Part shown: in pieces, positions 50,401 to 63,554 of the stretch | Layout of the letters: every line of letters begins with the position of its first letter | Numbering within the stretch: the stretch's first letter is position 1 | From: Camelus ferus | Lineage: Eukaryota | Assembly (NCBI RefSeq): GCF_009834535.1 | Contig: NC_045716.1 | Coordinates: 6,572,001-6,636,000 of the forward strand | Direction: 5' to 3' | DNA: 64,000 nt | Position numbers and translations under genes: made by a program | Notes under the pieces: generated by a model | The model's database searches: none | What the model was told of the DNA's origin: nothing | Seen by the model: only the letters and a program-made list of their open reading frames with translations

Positions 50401-51821
50401 TGGGCTTGATTAGAGGCCTTGACCAAAATCAGATCCTTTTGTCTCCAGGATCAAGTCCTATCATTTCAATGAAACAAACAAGTGTCTTCCCCTTCTGACG
50501 ATAGCCTTCTCTAGCGTCTTACCCCTACGAGCCTGCCATGGCTTTCAGGACTTTATCAAGACTTATGCACATGCTGTTTCCTCTGCCTAGAATGCTCTTC
50601 CCTCCTCCTCCACTTGGCTGCTTTTCATTCTTCCTTTTATACCCAGCACACTTGTCAACTCCCTATGAAGCCTCCTCTACCCTCCCAAAGAAGTCTCAGT
50701 CCATCCCTCTTCTGTGTCTCTGCATGGATTAAAAAGAACACACACACACACACAGAGAAATGAGCAAAATTAAAGATAGATTGGATTTGGCTTGGCCTAG
50801 GAAAGGTGAAGCTACTTGAGGTTATGGAAAAAAGATGAGCCACGTATAGTAGTATGGGAATGGTGGGCATGTGGCGCAGGATGGAGACCTGCCTTGGGGT
50901 ATGAGAGTGGAGAGGACCAGGCCTGGCTCTGTAGACGGCATGGTTCATCACTTTCAAGCCAGGCAGGGGAGGGCTGACTTGATACAGAGGACAGTGAGGC
51001 CTGACTCACAGAGGCTGTCTCAGCCATCAGTGTTATCAGTTTTGCCTGTAGGATAGTTCTGAGGGGCAGTGGAGGGGGTGGCGTTATCTCCTGTTCTCTG
51101 GGGTAGGATTGGCCGGTGCTGGTGAAAGGGCCCAGGGTGACCTTCAGATGGGTTTTGTCTGACCAGGCGTAGTTCCAACTTTGAATGTTCTCAGGCAAGG
51201 CATGCCTTCTCTAGCTTTGCCATACTTCCTACAGATACTGATCGTACTATGAGTGCTCCCCTTCTCTGTGGTACTGAGCTGGCACCTCTTAGCCAGGTAA
51301 CCTAAACCCCTGTTTTCAGAAGTGTTGCAAAACTTGCTACAAAATCACAAAATAACTGCAATTTCTAATTCAAGATATTTAGAGACATAGGCCTCATTCT
51401 CCTCTCAGGAGAGTAAAAACATTTTGCTGAATTTCTACTTAAAATTTCATATCTTAGTTAAAATTGTGTATCTCATCATTCAAAACAGTAGACATTCCTG
51501 CTTTGGAGGCATATTTGATTTCGAGATAGCTGGTTAACCTGAAGTGGGGCTTCCACGCTGAAGTGTGGCTTTCAGTGCTGTGAACTGAACATATTTATCC
51601 GTCTCATTACTATTTGAAGGGGATGCGCCTCTGTTTCAGTCCCAGTTATTGAACGAGTGTAAAGCTTAGTGAAGAAAGCTGTTTCTCTCGTGCCTTGGAG
51701 TTTAGTTCTGGCTGTCAAGGCTTTTGATTGAAGAAGGTGCGCCTGAAGATAAATCAATCAGCCTGTACAGATACAGTGAGTTCCCACATGCAAGGTGCTG
51801 TTTAAAGTGTCTGGAGCCGTC

Positions 51822-52010
51822 CAGTGTGGTGGTTAAAAGAACAGGCTTTGAAGACAGATCTGGTGTCAACTCCTGACTTTCCACTTATTCCGACAGTGGA
51901 GAAACATAAGGATGGAGAGGTTAAGTAACTTACTCAGGGTCACACAGCTAACAATTGATGGATCTGTAAGTTGAACTCAGGTCAACATGACATTTAAGTC
52001 TTTCTCTTAG
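51822..52010. mobile_element. Two MIR fragments in opposite orientation (+ 51822-51890; - 51891-52010)
   Basis: cagtgtggtggttaaaagaacaggctttg, then gagaggttaagtaacttactcagggtcacacagcta. Confidence 0.8.
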
Positions 52011-53469
52011 TTACTCTTTTAAATGCCTTAAAAGTCTTCAAAATCTGTTCTTTCTCACGGTTGGATAAAAACAGCCCTGGCAATGGTTAGAATAGGGCAA
52101 ACACACTCACCTAGTTTGTATAAAGGAGATCTGCGTGGTTTCTATGTAAAAACCTTTTGAATAGCCTTGCCCATTGAGTGATTTCTCACATAAGCCTTAA
52201 TGCAGAAGAGGGTGAGCTTCATCAAGACATATTTACCTAAGCAGGAACACTTACCTAAGCAAAACTGGGAAATTATTATTTCATTCATAAGTTTCCAGAT
52301 CTGGGTAGCCACGTTTTATGATGTGTTATGGCCTCTACAGGCATTGATGCACACGCTCTGGTGAGCAGGGCCCCACCAAAATGCAACCCGGGAGGCCCAG
52401 GGAGCAGGTTCCTCTGTTAAATGGCACCATCCAGGAGGTGCTGTGGTTTTTTTTAGCTTCTTGACTAAGACCATTAACATTTGTATTAGGTGATCTTGTC
52501 ATTGGAATCCACCATTGGAGCCCAGTGGCGCTGCTTGAATGGCAATTACTGAGCATTTTGACTGGCTTCGAGTATAATATTAGACACAGTTTTCTACTTA
52601 CCATGGAGCTTTGCCTAACAGGAAGCATCCCACTTTTTATTGTTGTTGTTCAACCATCCCCCCCCTCCCTGTGCAAGAAGAAACTTTAAAATTTGTTTCT
52701 GTCCCTTCCTTTTGCTCTTTGCTACAGTGAGCTGCCTAGGTTAACAGCAGACAAATTTGTATAGAGTGACGGCCCCATCCAAGACATGGGACGATGAATA
52801 GCAGCAATCTTCAGGTAGGGTCTTCAGCACTTACATAACTCGTACTAGCAGAATGCACTCATTTATCGTATTGAGAGGGTTATTATTTACTGCTTCTCTA
52901 CAGAACTGTGGATTTTACATCAAAGGAATTTTGAATGCAAGAGTGATGAATTTTACAACACTTCAAATGCTCTTCCAGATACACTGATACAGTTTGAATC
53001 CAAGTCATTGGAGTTTCTGAAGGAAAAGTAAAATATAAGCTTAATTTCTTTATTCATCTTTGGAGGCAAGATTGAGGTCTTGTTTTTGTAGTATATATGT
53101 ATATTTTTTTCCTTTCTTTTCTTCTTTTTAAGAAATGTAATTAAACCTAAAAGTCTAGTAGTTTCTCAGATTAAGGCCAGTTTATAAGAACAGAACTTGG
53201 CCCCTTTTCAGCAGGGATATGCCAAGTCTTTATTTCTTCACTTTTATACCAAGTTCAAATATATGCACACAGATGGCAGAAAAAGCTCTCTTTTGAGCCA
53301 GTTAATCTCCCAGGAGTTAAGGGCTATGGCGATTTTTAAAATACCACAATTTGGCATTGATCACCATTTTTTATTATAAGTTTGCAATAGTTAATATTTT
53401 ATTTTTTAATCATATACACTTTAAATGCCGAGAGAGAAAACAAAGTGCCTTTCTTGATCCTTCAATTTA

Positions 53470-54200
53470 CAAGGAACAAAATTTGGAAAAATTAAATTGT
53501 TGCTCATGGCAATCTGAGTTGACATGATGACTTTTATAAAAGAATTTGGTGCTTTATAGTAAAGTTGGAAATGTACATGCCTTATGACCCAAGAATTCCA
53601 CTTCTGGGTCTTAATTACACATGAACTCTTCCATGTGTACACAAGAACATTTAGTGGGGAGGGTGTAGCTCAGTGGTAAAGCATATGCTTAGCATGCACG
53701 AGGTCCTGGGTTGACTCCCCAGTACCTCCATTAAAATAAATGAATAAACCTAATTACCTCCTCCACCCCCAAATAAATAAATTTTTAAAAATTTAAAAAT
53801 TAAAAAAAAATATGTAGTGGTATTGTGGATAATTGCAAAACCTGGAAGCAACCCAGTGTCTGTTAACAGGAGGCTAGAAGTATACAAGGTGTTACAGTGT
53901 TACCAATGGAGTATTGGCCAGCCATGCAAATAAATGAGTTGTACTTACATTTACCAGGATGGGTAAATCTCACAAAAGTACATTAAGTGAAAATAAGGAA
54001 CTAGCTGAAAAATATATATGGTACAATTTCACTGATATAAAATTCAAAATAACAACATACTGTTTAAGGATACAGACAGATGTAAAATTTGTATGAAAAG
54101 CAAGGAAACAAAAAATACAAAGGATGGGTGTTAGCTCTGGTGGAAAGGTAAGATGCTGTGAAGGAGGGAGGAAGGAGGAAGGGCTTCAAACATTCTGGCA
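53470..54200 (+). mobile_element. L1ME-type 3' end, split by a SINE
   Basis: ccttatgacccaagaattccacttctggg...ctggaagcaaccc...ggatgggtaaatctcaca. Confidence 0.8.
53656..53808 (+). mobile_element. Vic-1-type camelid SINE (tRNA-Ala-derived)
   Basis: ggggagggtgtagctcagtggtaaagcatatgcttagcatgcacgaggtcctgggttgactccccagtacctcca + aataaacctaattacctcc + A tail; TSD AACATTTAGT/AATATGTAGT. Confidence 0.92.
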
Positions 54201-54234
54201 GTTCTTGATTTTTGTTTTTCTTTCTTTTTAAAAA

Positions 54235-56295
54235 AAAGCGTAATTTTTTATAACATTTTTAGATTTACAGAAAAATTGTGAAGATAGTTTGGGGAGTACC
54301 CATCTAACAAGCACCCAGTTTATCCTGTTATTAACATCTTACATTAGTATGACACATTTCTTACAATTAACGAACTAATACTGATACATAACTATTAACT
54401 AAAGTCTATATTTTATTCAGATTTCCTTAGTTTTTACCTGACATCCTTTGTCCATTACTACCTGAAACCTACGCTATATTTAGTCATCACATCTCCTGAG
54501 CCTTCTCTTGGCTGTGACAGTTTCTCAGACTTGTTTTGATGACCTTGACAGTTTTGGCGAGTTAGTGGTCAGTTATTTTGCAAAATGTCCCTTAGCTGGG
54601 ATTTGTCTGATGTTTTTCTCATGATTAGGTTGGAACTATGAGTTTGGGGGAGGAAGCCATCGAGATAAAGTCTCATTTTCATCACATCATGTCAAGGGTA
54701 TGTTTTATCATTATGACCTGTTGACCTGATCATGTGGCTGCAGTGGAATTTGTCAGTCTTCTCCGCTATAAAATTACGTTTCTTTCCCCCTTTCCATACT
54801 GTTCTCTTCGAAGAGAGTTCACTACACACAGCCCATACCAAAGGCATGGGGAGCTACGGTCTACCTTGTTAAAGGCTGAGGATCTACAGAAATTATCTTG
54901 AATTATTCTACCTGAGACAATTGTCTCTCATCTCTTATTAATGTATTTATTTAATAATTTATTTGTATCATATTGACTCATGAATATTTATTTTGTACTC
55001 CAATACTGTTTTATTGGTTTTAGGGCTCAAATTGTTCCAGCTTCGGCTAATGGGATCTCTTTCAGTTGGCTCTGTGTCCCTTTGCCATAACCCCGTTAAT
55101 ACATATAGATTTTTGGTTTTGATTTTTGTGCACTTTGTTACTTTCTGTCCCTACATGTTGCTGCAAGCTCATCTTGTATATTGCTTCCACCCTCGTCCGC
55201 TGCCCTAGTCCTAAAATAAGCTCTTTCTCCGTGGAGTCCTGAGATGTTTCATTGGAGAATGGTAGAAACCAAGATCTAGGCACTAGGTGTGCTTATCTAC
55301 ACTGAGGTGCTGTTACTTCTAGGCCCCTGCAGCTAACAGAGTGAGGAAATACATGTGTGCTACTAAGTCACATGTATACACATATGTATCAGTATTTCCA
55401 TATGTAACCATCTGTATCTATATTAAACTAAGCATAACTTCATACTGATGTCTCCAGCTGTAAATCCATTACCTAATTATCTAATAATATCTAATATCTT
55501 TGTCTAGTCCATGGGTCATTCTAGCCCCTTCTCCTTGCTTCAACAGTGAGAAACCTGGTTCCCACCATCTCCCACCCATTTATTTCATTGTTCAATTCCA
55601 CTGTGCATGTATAGCAGTATCAGAACTGTTTACTCATATCCCCATGAGGAAAGACTTTATCAGTCAGAGTACAGTTCCTATGTGCAGTTCCTTTAGTCTT
55701 ACAGACTCCACTCATTTCCTTAGGTTAGCACCTTCATCGCCCACCCTCCGGTGAAGTTGTTTCATATATTTATGATATAGTTAGTGCTTTGTCACATTCT
55801 GTGTTCTGTCACCCAACCTCCTAAATGATTTCTTTTTTTTTAATTTGTACACATCAATGTTGGCTCTTTATGCTCTCAAGTTCTATGGGTTTTAACAAAT
55901 ATATAGTGTCATATATCCACATTTATATTATTATACAGAATAATTTTACTGCCCTACAGAATCCTCCACCCTTCACCTATTCAGCCCTTTCTTCATTACC
56001 CCAAACTCTTGGCAACTGCTGACCTTTTACTGTCACTATTGTTTTGCCTTTTCTGGAATGTCATATAGTCAGAATCATACAGTATGTAGCCTTTTCAGAC
56101 TTGCCCCTTTCACTTAGCATTATGCATTTATGTCTTTTTTAATGACTTGTTGGCTCATTTGTTTTAGTGCTGAATAATATTATATTGTGTGGATATACCA
56201 GAGTTTGTTTATCCACTCACCTGTGGAAAGACATTTTGGTTGTATCCAGTTTTTAACAATTAAGAATAAAAGTGCTGTAAATATTAGCATATGGT
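54235..56295 (-). mobile_element. L1MC-type 3' region
   Basis: ttagatttacagaaaaattg...ttaacatcttacattagtatg...cagatttccttagtttttacct...ggaatgtcatatagtcagaatcatacagtatgtagcc. Confidence 0.88.
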
Positions 56296-56399
56296 TTTTT
56301 TTTTTTTTTTGGTGCTTGCTTTTTTGTTTTGTTTTACTTTGTTTTGTTTTTGTAATCTCAGTGGAGAGGTTTGAATTAATCATACTTCATAATTCAAAA

Positions 56400-59100
56400 T
56401 GCACTGTATCATAGGGCTGTGAAAGCCCTCTTCCTTCCAGGGGTTCACCTGTTTGCCTGCTTGTTTGTTTCTCTTTATCTCTTTACTTAACTTTACTCCC
56501 AAGTTCATCTGCTCTTCCTCACAGGCCGTGATTCTAATTTTCTTAATGTGTGTCTTTTTTCATGCATTCTTGTGAAATGTGAATAGTTGTTTGGTGTGGT
56601 CATGTATTTTTAATTGAACTAAATGGTGATGTGCTATAACGACATTCCGATTCTTAACTCTTTTCAGTCAACACTGTATTTTAAGATCCACTCATGGTAC
56701 TCTGGGTGATTATAGCCCAACACTGTACCGTCCAGCTGAACTTCTGCAATAATGATAATGTTATCTCTGCCTTATTCAAGATGGTAGTCCCTAGCCACAT
56801 GTGGCTCTTCAGCACTTGAAACTGAGCTAGTGCAGCTAAGAAACCGAGTCTGTTTTGTTTTTTTTTAATTAATGTTCAAATAACCTCATGTGGCTAGTGG
56901 CCCTCATTTTGAAAGCACACATGTAGAACATTTCCATCATTGCAGAAAGGTTGATTGGACATAACAGGTCTAGCCCCTCACTTCTGGCAGCTGCAGAGCA
57001 TTCCATGATGGGCATCCACCACATTTTACCAATCCTTTCACTGATGGATGCCCACGTTGCCTCCAGCTCCCTGTCACCATAGATAATGCTGCAGCTACCA
57101 TTTTTATGCATAGGATCATTGTGAAAATTTCTCTGGGATATACAGCAGGAGTGGAATTGCTGGTTCATAAAGATAATGTACACTTAATTTGACTGAATAC
57201 TGTCAGAATGGCTGCCCCCAAAGTACACTCTCATCAGCAGTATCTGAGAGTTCCTCTATCTCCATATTCCTTCCAGTGCTTGGCATTATCCAGCGTTCCA
57301 ATTTTTGTCAGTCCACAAAGTGTAAAATGATAGCTCATTGTTCTTCCACTTTGTATTTTTAGCAGCACTTTAAAATACTAAGGCACTTAATACTTTGATT
57401 ATAATATGAATTAAAAATAAATTTTTTTCCCAGATGGATGTATGTCTTGATTTTGCCTGTGTTTTTGTTAAGTCAGTTGGTTGGTTGGCTGGTTGGTTTT
57501 CCAGAAGCTTGTGAATTTTTTGTAATTTAATTATTCATTCCTTAGTTTTGGCTTCTACACCTTGTATCTTAGCTGGGAAATTCCTCCTCACTTTAGGATA
57601 TAAGTTCTTCCTTATTTTTATAATAAAGCATTTAATTTTTGTTCCTCATACACTCATGGTTTCATTTGTTGCACTTAAATATCGGATATATTTTTAACTT
57701 ATTCTGGTATACACTGTGAGGTATAACCTTATCCAAATGGACTGTATGAAGTACCAGCTGTAGCTCCCCAGATAGTCACTCAGATGTCTCAGTGTCATTT
57801 ATTAGTTTGTGGCTTCCCCTCTGACTTGAGATGTCACCTTTATCTTATACTAAGTTCTTTAATACATTTAGGTTTATCTCAACTTCTATTTTATTACTAC
57901 ATATAGCCATTCATATGCCTATCGTCTTGTTTTAGTTATTGAAGTTCTGCCGTATGTTTCAAAATTTCATAGGACTTGTCACTGATGCTACTGTTCTTTT
58001 TCAGAATTCCCCTAGTCATTCTTTTTCTTTTTAATATATACTTTCAAAGAAGCTTGTCTAGTTCTAAATATAGATATATGTTGTATATATAACAGCAAGA
58101 ATAACAAACAGTAGTGATACTTTGTTAGAAACCTTGTTAAAATTTTTAATTAAATAAGGGGGAATTAAATCCTAATGATGTTGAGTTTTTCTATCCAAAA
58201 ACTTGGTATATCTGTATTTATTCATTTGTTCTAGTCTTCCACTTCCTAGAGTTTTAAAGGATTATTTTTCCTTATATAGTTCTAGTTATTTTATCATTTT
58301 ATGCTTTTATTAAAGGAGTATTTTCTTTATATATATATATAAAATTAAGTTTGTGTATATGAAAGCTATTGATGTTTGTGTTAATTTTCAACCTCATTAC
58401 CTTACTGAATCTCTAGCCACAGTAGTGTTTCAGTTGTTCCTCCTGAATATTTCAGCTAAACAGACATATTATATGCAAATGCTGATAATTTTATATCCTT
58501 CCCTCAAGTTCTTACACCTCTAATCTCATTCTCTTGTCTAATTACACTAGTAGTAACTTCATTACAAGATAGAATGTGATAATGTGAATTCTTGTCTTTT
58601 CCTGACTTTAATGCCAACTGCACTGCTGTCTTCCAGTTATGATAATGGCTTTTGGGTTAAGGTAAATAAATTTACCATGTTAAGGAAGAATTGAGTGTTT
58701 TTTCCTTATCAAGAATGATGTTAAAATTAAAAATATATTTTCAGAACTATAGAAATAGTTATATGATTTTTCTTCTTAGCTTTATTAAAAGGATAAATTG
58801 TATAAATAAATATTCTAATATTGAACCATCTTTGCCTTCCTGAAATAATTTTTATTTGGTTAATGATGAATTATTCCTTAAATATGCTGTTGGATTCTGT
58901 TTGCTAATATTTTATTAATGATATTTTGCATCAATATTCCTAAGTGAGATTAGTCTTACATTTTCTTTTTTTGTGTGTATAATCTTTGTCAGGATTTGTC
59001 ATCAATTTTACATTTAACACAGTTAACATTTTTGCATAAAAATAATTTTCAAGTTTTCCATCTTTGCCCTAGAACACTTTAAATAACAGTGAAATTATCT
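56400..59100 (-). mobile_element. Old L1 (L1ME-type) 3'UTR and decayed ORF2, split by MER3
   Basis: ggagtggaattgctggttcata, gttggattctgtttgctaatattttatt, AT-rich antisense ORF2 relics. Confidence 0.8.
56718..56967. mobile_element. MER3-type hAT MITE with long inverted arms
   Basis: ctagccacatgtggct core; TSD TTATAGCC/GTCTAGCC (6/8). Confidence 0.85.
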
Positions 59101-60116
59101 AGAGTGTGTCCTCTTCACCACTGTACCATACAGTATGCTGAGTGTAATGACTGGATTGAGAACTGATGACTTGTTAGTAAATAGTGAACAACTGAATCAG
59201 ACAGTCTAATAGAGAATTTTTTCTAGAGACATTGGCCTAAGTCAAGAGTCAAAGGATGGTGGGATTTAGTTTGCTAATCAGAGTTTATGAATTTGGGAAA
59301 GAAATTATGAGCTCTAGCCTAAGGGAGCAGGAATCAGAAAATGTAAAAACCAAAACAGGTGAAAGGATGTGCAGTATGGGTATGTTTAAGTGTCGTGTTT
59401 GGCACTTATGTTGAAGTTGACCACCTTTGGTTGAAGGGGCATGAAGCTGAGATGGAAACCAAAGAAGCATCCAGTTCAACCCTTTACTATTGCCAGTTTC
59501 TAGGTAGCTTCATCATTCTAAGTAGGGAGGAAATGCTCTCAGTGAATCCACCACACTATACAGCTCATGAGGCACTGTTCCCATTGAAAATGATGTACAC
59601 ATAGCATCACCTGGAGTTGTTCAGTGAAAGTCTGTGCACGGTTAGTGACCTTGACTGATGACTTCAGATTGTCCTGTTCTCCCCTGCATACCTACTTTTC
59701 CCCCAAATGTGAATTCTGAGGATTAACATTCTCTCTCACTCTCTTTTCCTCATCATTAATCTCATCCTGTGTCTTGACCTTATTCTCTTTCCCGTGTCCC
59801 CTCTCCTTTCCTCCCCAGTGTTCTTTGGGTAGCTCTTTTCAGTCTAGCCGTAGTCAGGGGTGTAACCTGAAAGGGTGCAATGGCAAAGAGTGGCTACTTT
59901 CCTGAAAAGTTCCTTCTGGATACCGTCTCAGAATGTTCCCCCAAGCCCAAGGGAGGAGTGGCCATTTCCTGTTTTCTTCACTGATGCTTCTTTATCAAAT
60001 TTCTGAGGACCATGTATGGGCTGCAGGGTCTACTGTGTATAAATTTTACATGTTTATTTAAGTGCAATTTCTTGGAAAGTGAGTCCATAGCTTAAATCAG
60101 ATTTTAAAGAGGGTAC

Positions 60117-60661
60117 TGTCAGTAGGAAAGGGGTTAACCTTCTGGAACTACGATACCTTAAACACATGACTTAGAAAAGAAGAGTTTATTCTCAGATGAT
60201 GGCAGTTCCAGGGTGAGTGGTGCGGTTTGGAAGGGCAGCTCCGCTCCCTGCAGTGGTTCAGAAATCCAGAATCCTTTCATCTTGTTGCTCTGCCAGTCCC
60301 AGGTCTTTATCCTGCTCCCCATGTGAAAGCTGGCTCACCAGCTTGTGTGTTTCAGCTCACGCAAAGGAGAAGGGCAGGTGTCCAAGGTACCGATTTTCTT
60401 TTTTTTTTTTTTTTTTTTAATTTAAGGAAATGAAGCAAAAATTGCACACATCTTGTGCACTCCCATGTTATTGTTACATAGGGGGCAAATCTCAGCAAAT
60501 GATGCTGGGAAATGCAGTCTTAGCTGGAGGGGCCATGTGCTCAAGTTAAATGAGAAAGAGAGGGAGAGAGAAAGAGAAGGAGGTGGGGGAGAAGTGGGGA
60601 GGAGGGGAGGGAACGCAAGGTGAGGCAAAGATTTGGGGGGAAAATAGCAGTCTTTGTCACA
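60117..60661 (-). mobile_element. MLT1 (I/J/K-like) solo LTR
   Basis: cctttcatcttgttgctctgcc, gctgggaaatgcagtcttagctgg, ends ctttgtcaca. Confidence 0.8.
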
Positions 60662-60868
60662 GGGATGTCAAAAAAGTTAAGAAACATCCTTCTAGACCCA
60701 TACAATTCCACTCACCTCCCTTTGGGGAATACGTGTCTTTAGGTCTGTCACCTCTGCCCTTGGTAGCTGTCTGTGTTTATCAGCTTCCAGGCCTTTCGCC
60801 CATGAACTTGGCACTGCCCCTCTGTTTTTGCTCTCTTTACCCAAGAGCATATCATTACCCTGGCAAAC

Positions 60869-61075
60869 CTGGGTCAACAAACCTACTTTTAAAGGGCAAG
60901 AGGGAACATATTTTAGGCTTTTCAGGTCATATGGTCTCTATTGCTGCTATTCAAACATATCGTTTTAGCAGAAAAGCACAGACGGTATGTAAATAAGAGG
61001 ATCTGGCTGTGTTACATTAAAATTTTATTCTGAAAAACAGCAAGTGGCCCACAGACCGCAGTCTGTCAACTCCTG
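60869..61075 (+). mobile_element. MER58A-type hAT MITE
   Basis: atattttaggcttttcaggtcatatggtctct...ggctgtgttacattaaaattttatt...aactcctg. Confidence 0.85.
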
Positions 61076-61099
61076 ATGTAGACAACGCATCCAGTTCCC

Positions 61100-62330
61100 A
61101 CTGTATAATTCCTTGACTCTCTGCCACTTCACTGACCATTAAAACTCCACTCCATTTACCCATAACTGTGGTCACAAGCCCTCGTCTTCCCTAGAGCCCT
61201 CCGACTCTGAAACTGGTCCTGCTCACAGCACAAATTCTTTTCCCAGCTCTCTCATAATCTCCCTCTCCCTCTGACTGATATTTGGTCCTTCGAAATCCAC
61301 CATTTCATTGATCCTTTTATTTTTCCCATGTCTGTGAGAATGCTTCGGGCATCCCTTCCTTTTCCTGAAGTACCTTTTTATCAGAATCCTTATTCCACAG
61401 CATCCACCAGTTAAATGCCCAAATGTGGATCAATTCCCCTAAATCCACACGCTTTACTGCTACACCCAGACTGAAGGCCGAGATCTGTGTATAAATTCTC
61501 CCGTTTGCATGGATTGGAGGTACTATAAATATCTCGGTTCGAATCTCAGTTTGGTCCTCAACACTGTTTATTGATTTTTATTGTCCTTGGTAAACCTCTC
61601 CTTTCATTGCCCTGAGTGACTATTTCAAACCTTCAGTAAGACAGGTAAGCTGCCATCTTAATGTCTGCATTTTTATACTTAGCATAAGACCTTACCTCAC
61701 ACTTTATGTAAAAAAATGAGGCTATCAGGTGTATTTTCTGTACACCCCTAACTCTCAAACTTGTAGACCTACTTCTACATTCATTGTCACCTTCTCACCT
61801 CCAGCTTCCAGTATTTTTGGAGCAGCTGCTAAGGACCGGCCATGACACTAGGCTCTTGGGATGCAGTGAGAAATAAACAAAAAGACACAATCCTGTCTTT
61901 AGCAAACCAAGGATTCTCTCTCTCCTGGGGTCTCACTGTATTTTTCATTCCTCTCTTGTAGATCTTTACTTTTCTCTCTCTTCCTTTTTCCAGGATCTTT
62001 TGTTTCAGCCTGTTGATATATTCATTTCTCTCCTATTGTAAACCTTCCTCTGACACTCGTGTGCCCTCAAGGTGAGTTACTTTATCAGTCTCTCCTTGAT
62101 CACAATGGCTCTCAGCTTCCTATCTCCTTCACTGCACTGAAGCTGCCAGTGACCCCCTAGTGTTAAGTCCAAGGAACGCTCTTCTGTCCTGATCTCAGTG
62201 GTCCACTGTTGCATTTGTCACTGCTGATCTTCACTGAAATTTTCCCCTCCTGTCCTTGGGTATTGGACAAACTCCTCACAGGTAGGGAGGTACCCTGTAA
62301 GACTGAAAGAAAGCCATTGTGCCCAGGGCA
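61100..62330 (+). mobile_element. Decayed L2 ORF2 region, with a short - strand L2 3' piece at ~61810-61900
   Basis: gccagtgaccccctagtgttaagtccaagg, tcagtggtccactgttgcatttgtcactgctga. Confidence 0.6.
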
Positions 62331-62524
62331 TGGAAATAGGAAGAGTCTTTCCAAAATCAGCTGGTGGCAACTTCAGAAGCCTTGCTACATCCTAGCTTAT
62401 GACACTGTGTGACTCCTGGAACCTGCTGGAGATGCTTGGGACTCTTAGCGAGGCGTGAAAGGTACTCCATGATTGGTTCCTCTGTCTCTAGTACCATCTC
62501 AAATTGACCTCATAGTAACTGGAA

Positions 62525-63000
62525 TTCCTCCATTGCAAGTCAGAGAAAACTTCACTCAAATTGGTGTAAATGATGAAAGGGATTCATAGGCTCAGATCAG
62601 GGAAGGTGGGAACCAGGCTTACTCTGACCAGGGCTCCAGCTGCGTGTCTCTGCAGGTCTCAGGGCTTTGGCCTCCCTGGTGGGTGACGTCCCTAGACTGG
62701 TGGCAGAAGAGCAGCAGCCAGGCATCACATCTGTATGGGAACCATGGGAAAGTGACCAGTGGAGGAGTCGGCGTTGCTTCTGAGAGTCTCTCACAAGAGG
62801 AGGAAGGCTGCTCTTTCCCAGGAGCCCCCTGCACGCGTCTCTTTGCAGTTCTTTGGTGTCAGTTGACGTAGGCCTGCTCAGCCCTGGAACAATCTCTGTA
62901 CCAAACGGGATGCAGTAACCAGTTAGCTTCAGCTCATTAGGGCCCATTCCTGGAGCCGGAGTCAAACTCCCAGACTGCATGGGGAGAGGGAGTGTGGGGA
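62525..63000 (-). mobile_element. Old MLT1 (K/L/N-like) LTR
   Basis: ttgcaagtcagagaaaacttcactcaaattgg, gcagcagccaggcatcacatc, ctctttcccaggagcccc. Confidence 0.65.
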
Positions 63001-63240
63001 GGGAACCTCAAGGTCACTTCGATTCCCCTCCCCTTCCCGCTTCAGGAATGGTGACCTGTTCTTCTCCCTGTAAATTTCCCCCCAATTCCTTTCAGGCTTC
63101 CATGTATAACTTAGACACAGCCTCCTCTTCTGAGGTGCCTTTCTTCTCTATTCTCAGCCCTCCACGCATACCTGTAACACACTGTCATTCTAGAGCTATT
63201 TTCTTCCCGGACTGCCTATCCCATGAGCCGATAAGCTCCC

Positions 63241-63400
63241 TTTTTTTTTTTTTTAAATTGACATATAGTCAGTTTACAGTGCTGTGATTATTTCTGGTGT
63301 ACAGCACAGTGATTCAGTTATACATCTATGTATTCCTTTTCATATTCTTTTTCATCATTGTCTACCACAAGGCACTGCATATAGTTCCCGTTGCAATAAG
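63241..63400 (-). mobile_element. Artiodactyl/camelid-type L1 3' end
   Basis: T tract then aaattgacatatagtcagtttaca...ctggtgtacagcacagtgattcagttatacat. Confidence 0.9.
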
Positions 63401-63554
63401 CTCCTTAAAGGCAGACAAATTCTTAAGCATCTCAGTATCTTCTGCTTCTAGCACGGTGCCGGTTTGGCATGGAGTATGTACTTCGTGAATGCATGTTGAG
63501 CCGGTTCCACTGAACTTCACCAGACTAATTCCTGAGAAGCCTTCAAGTCTAGCT

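Noticed and set aside
53656-53730. tRNA-Ala gene (also 26511-26585)
   Set aside because: Continues into a SINE tail with A tract and TSD; acceptor stem and arms degenerate.
57009-57054. 10-bp inverted repeat TGGGCATCCA/TGGATGCCCA in L1ME
   Set aside because: Too short to separate from chance within decayed repeat sequence.
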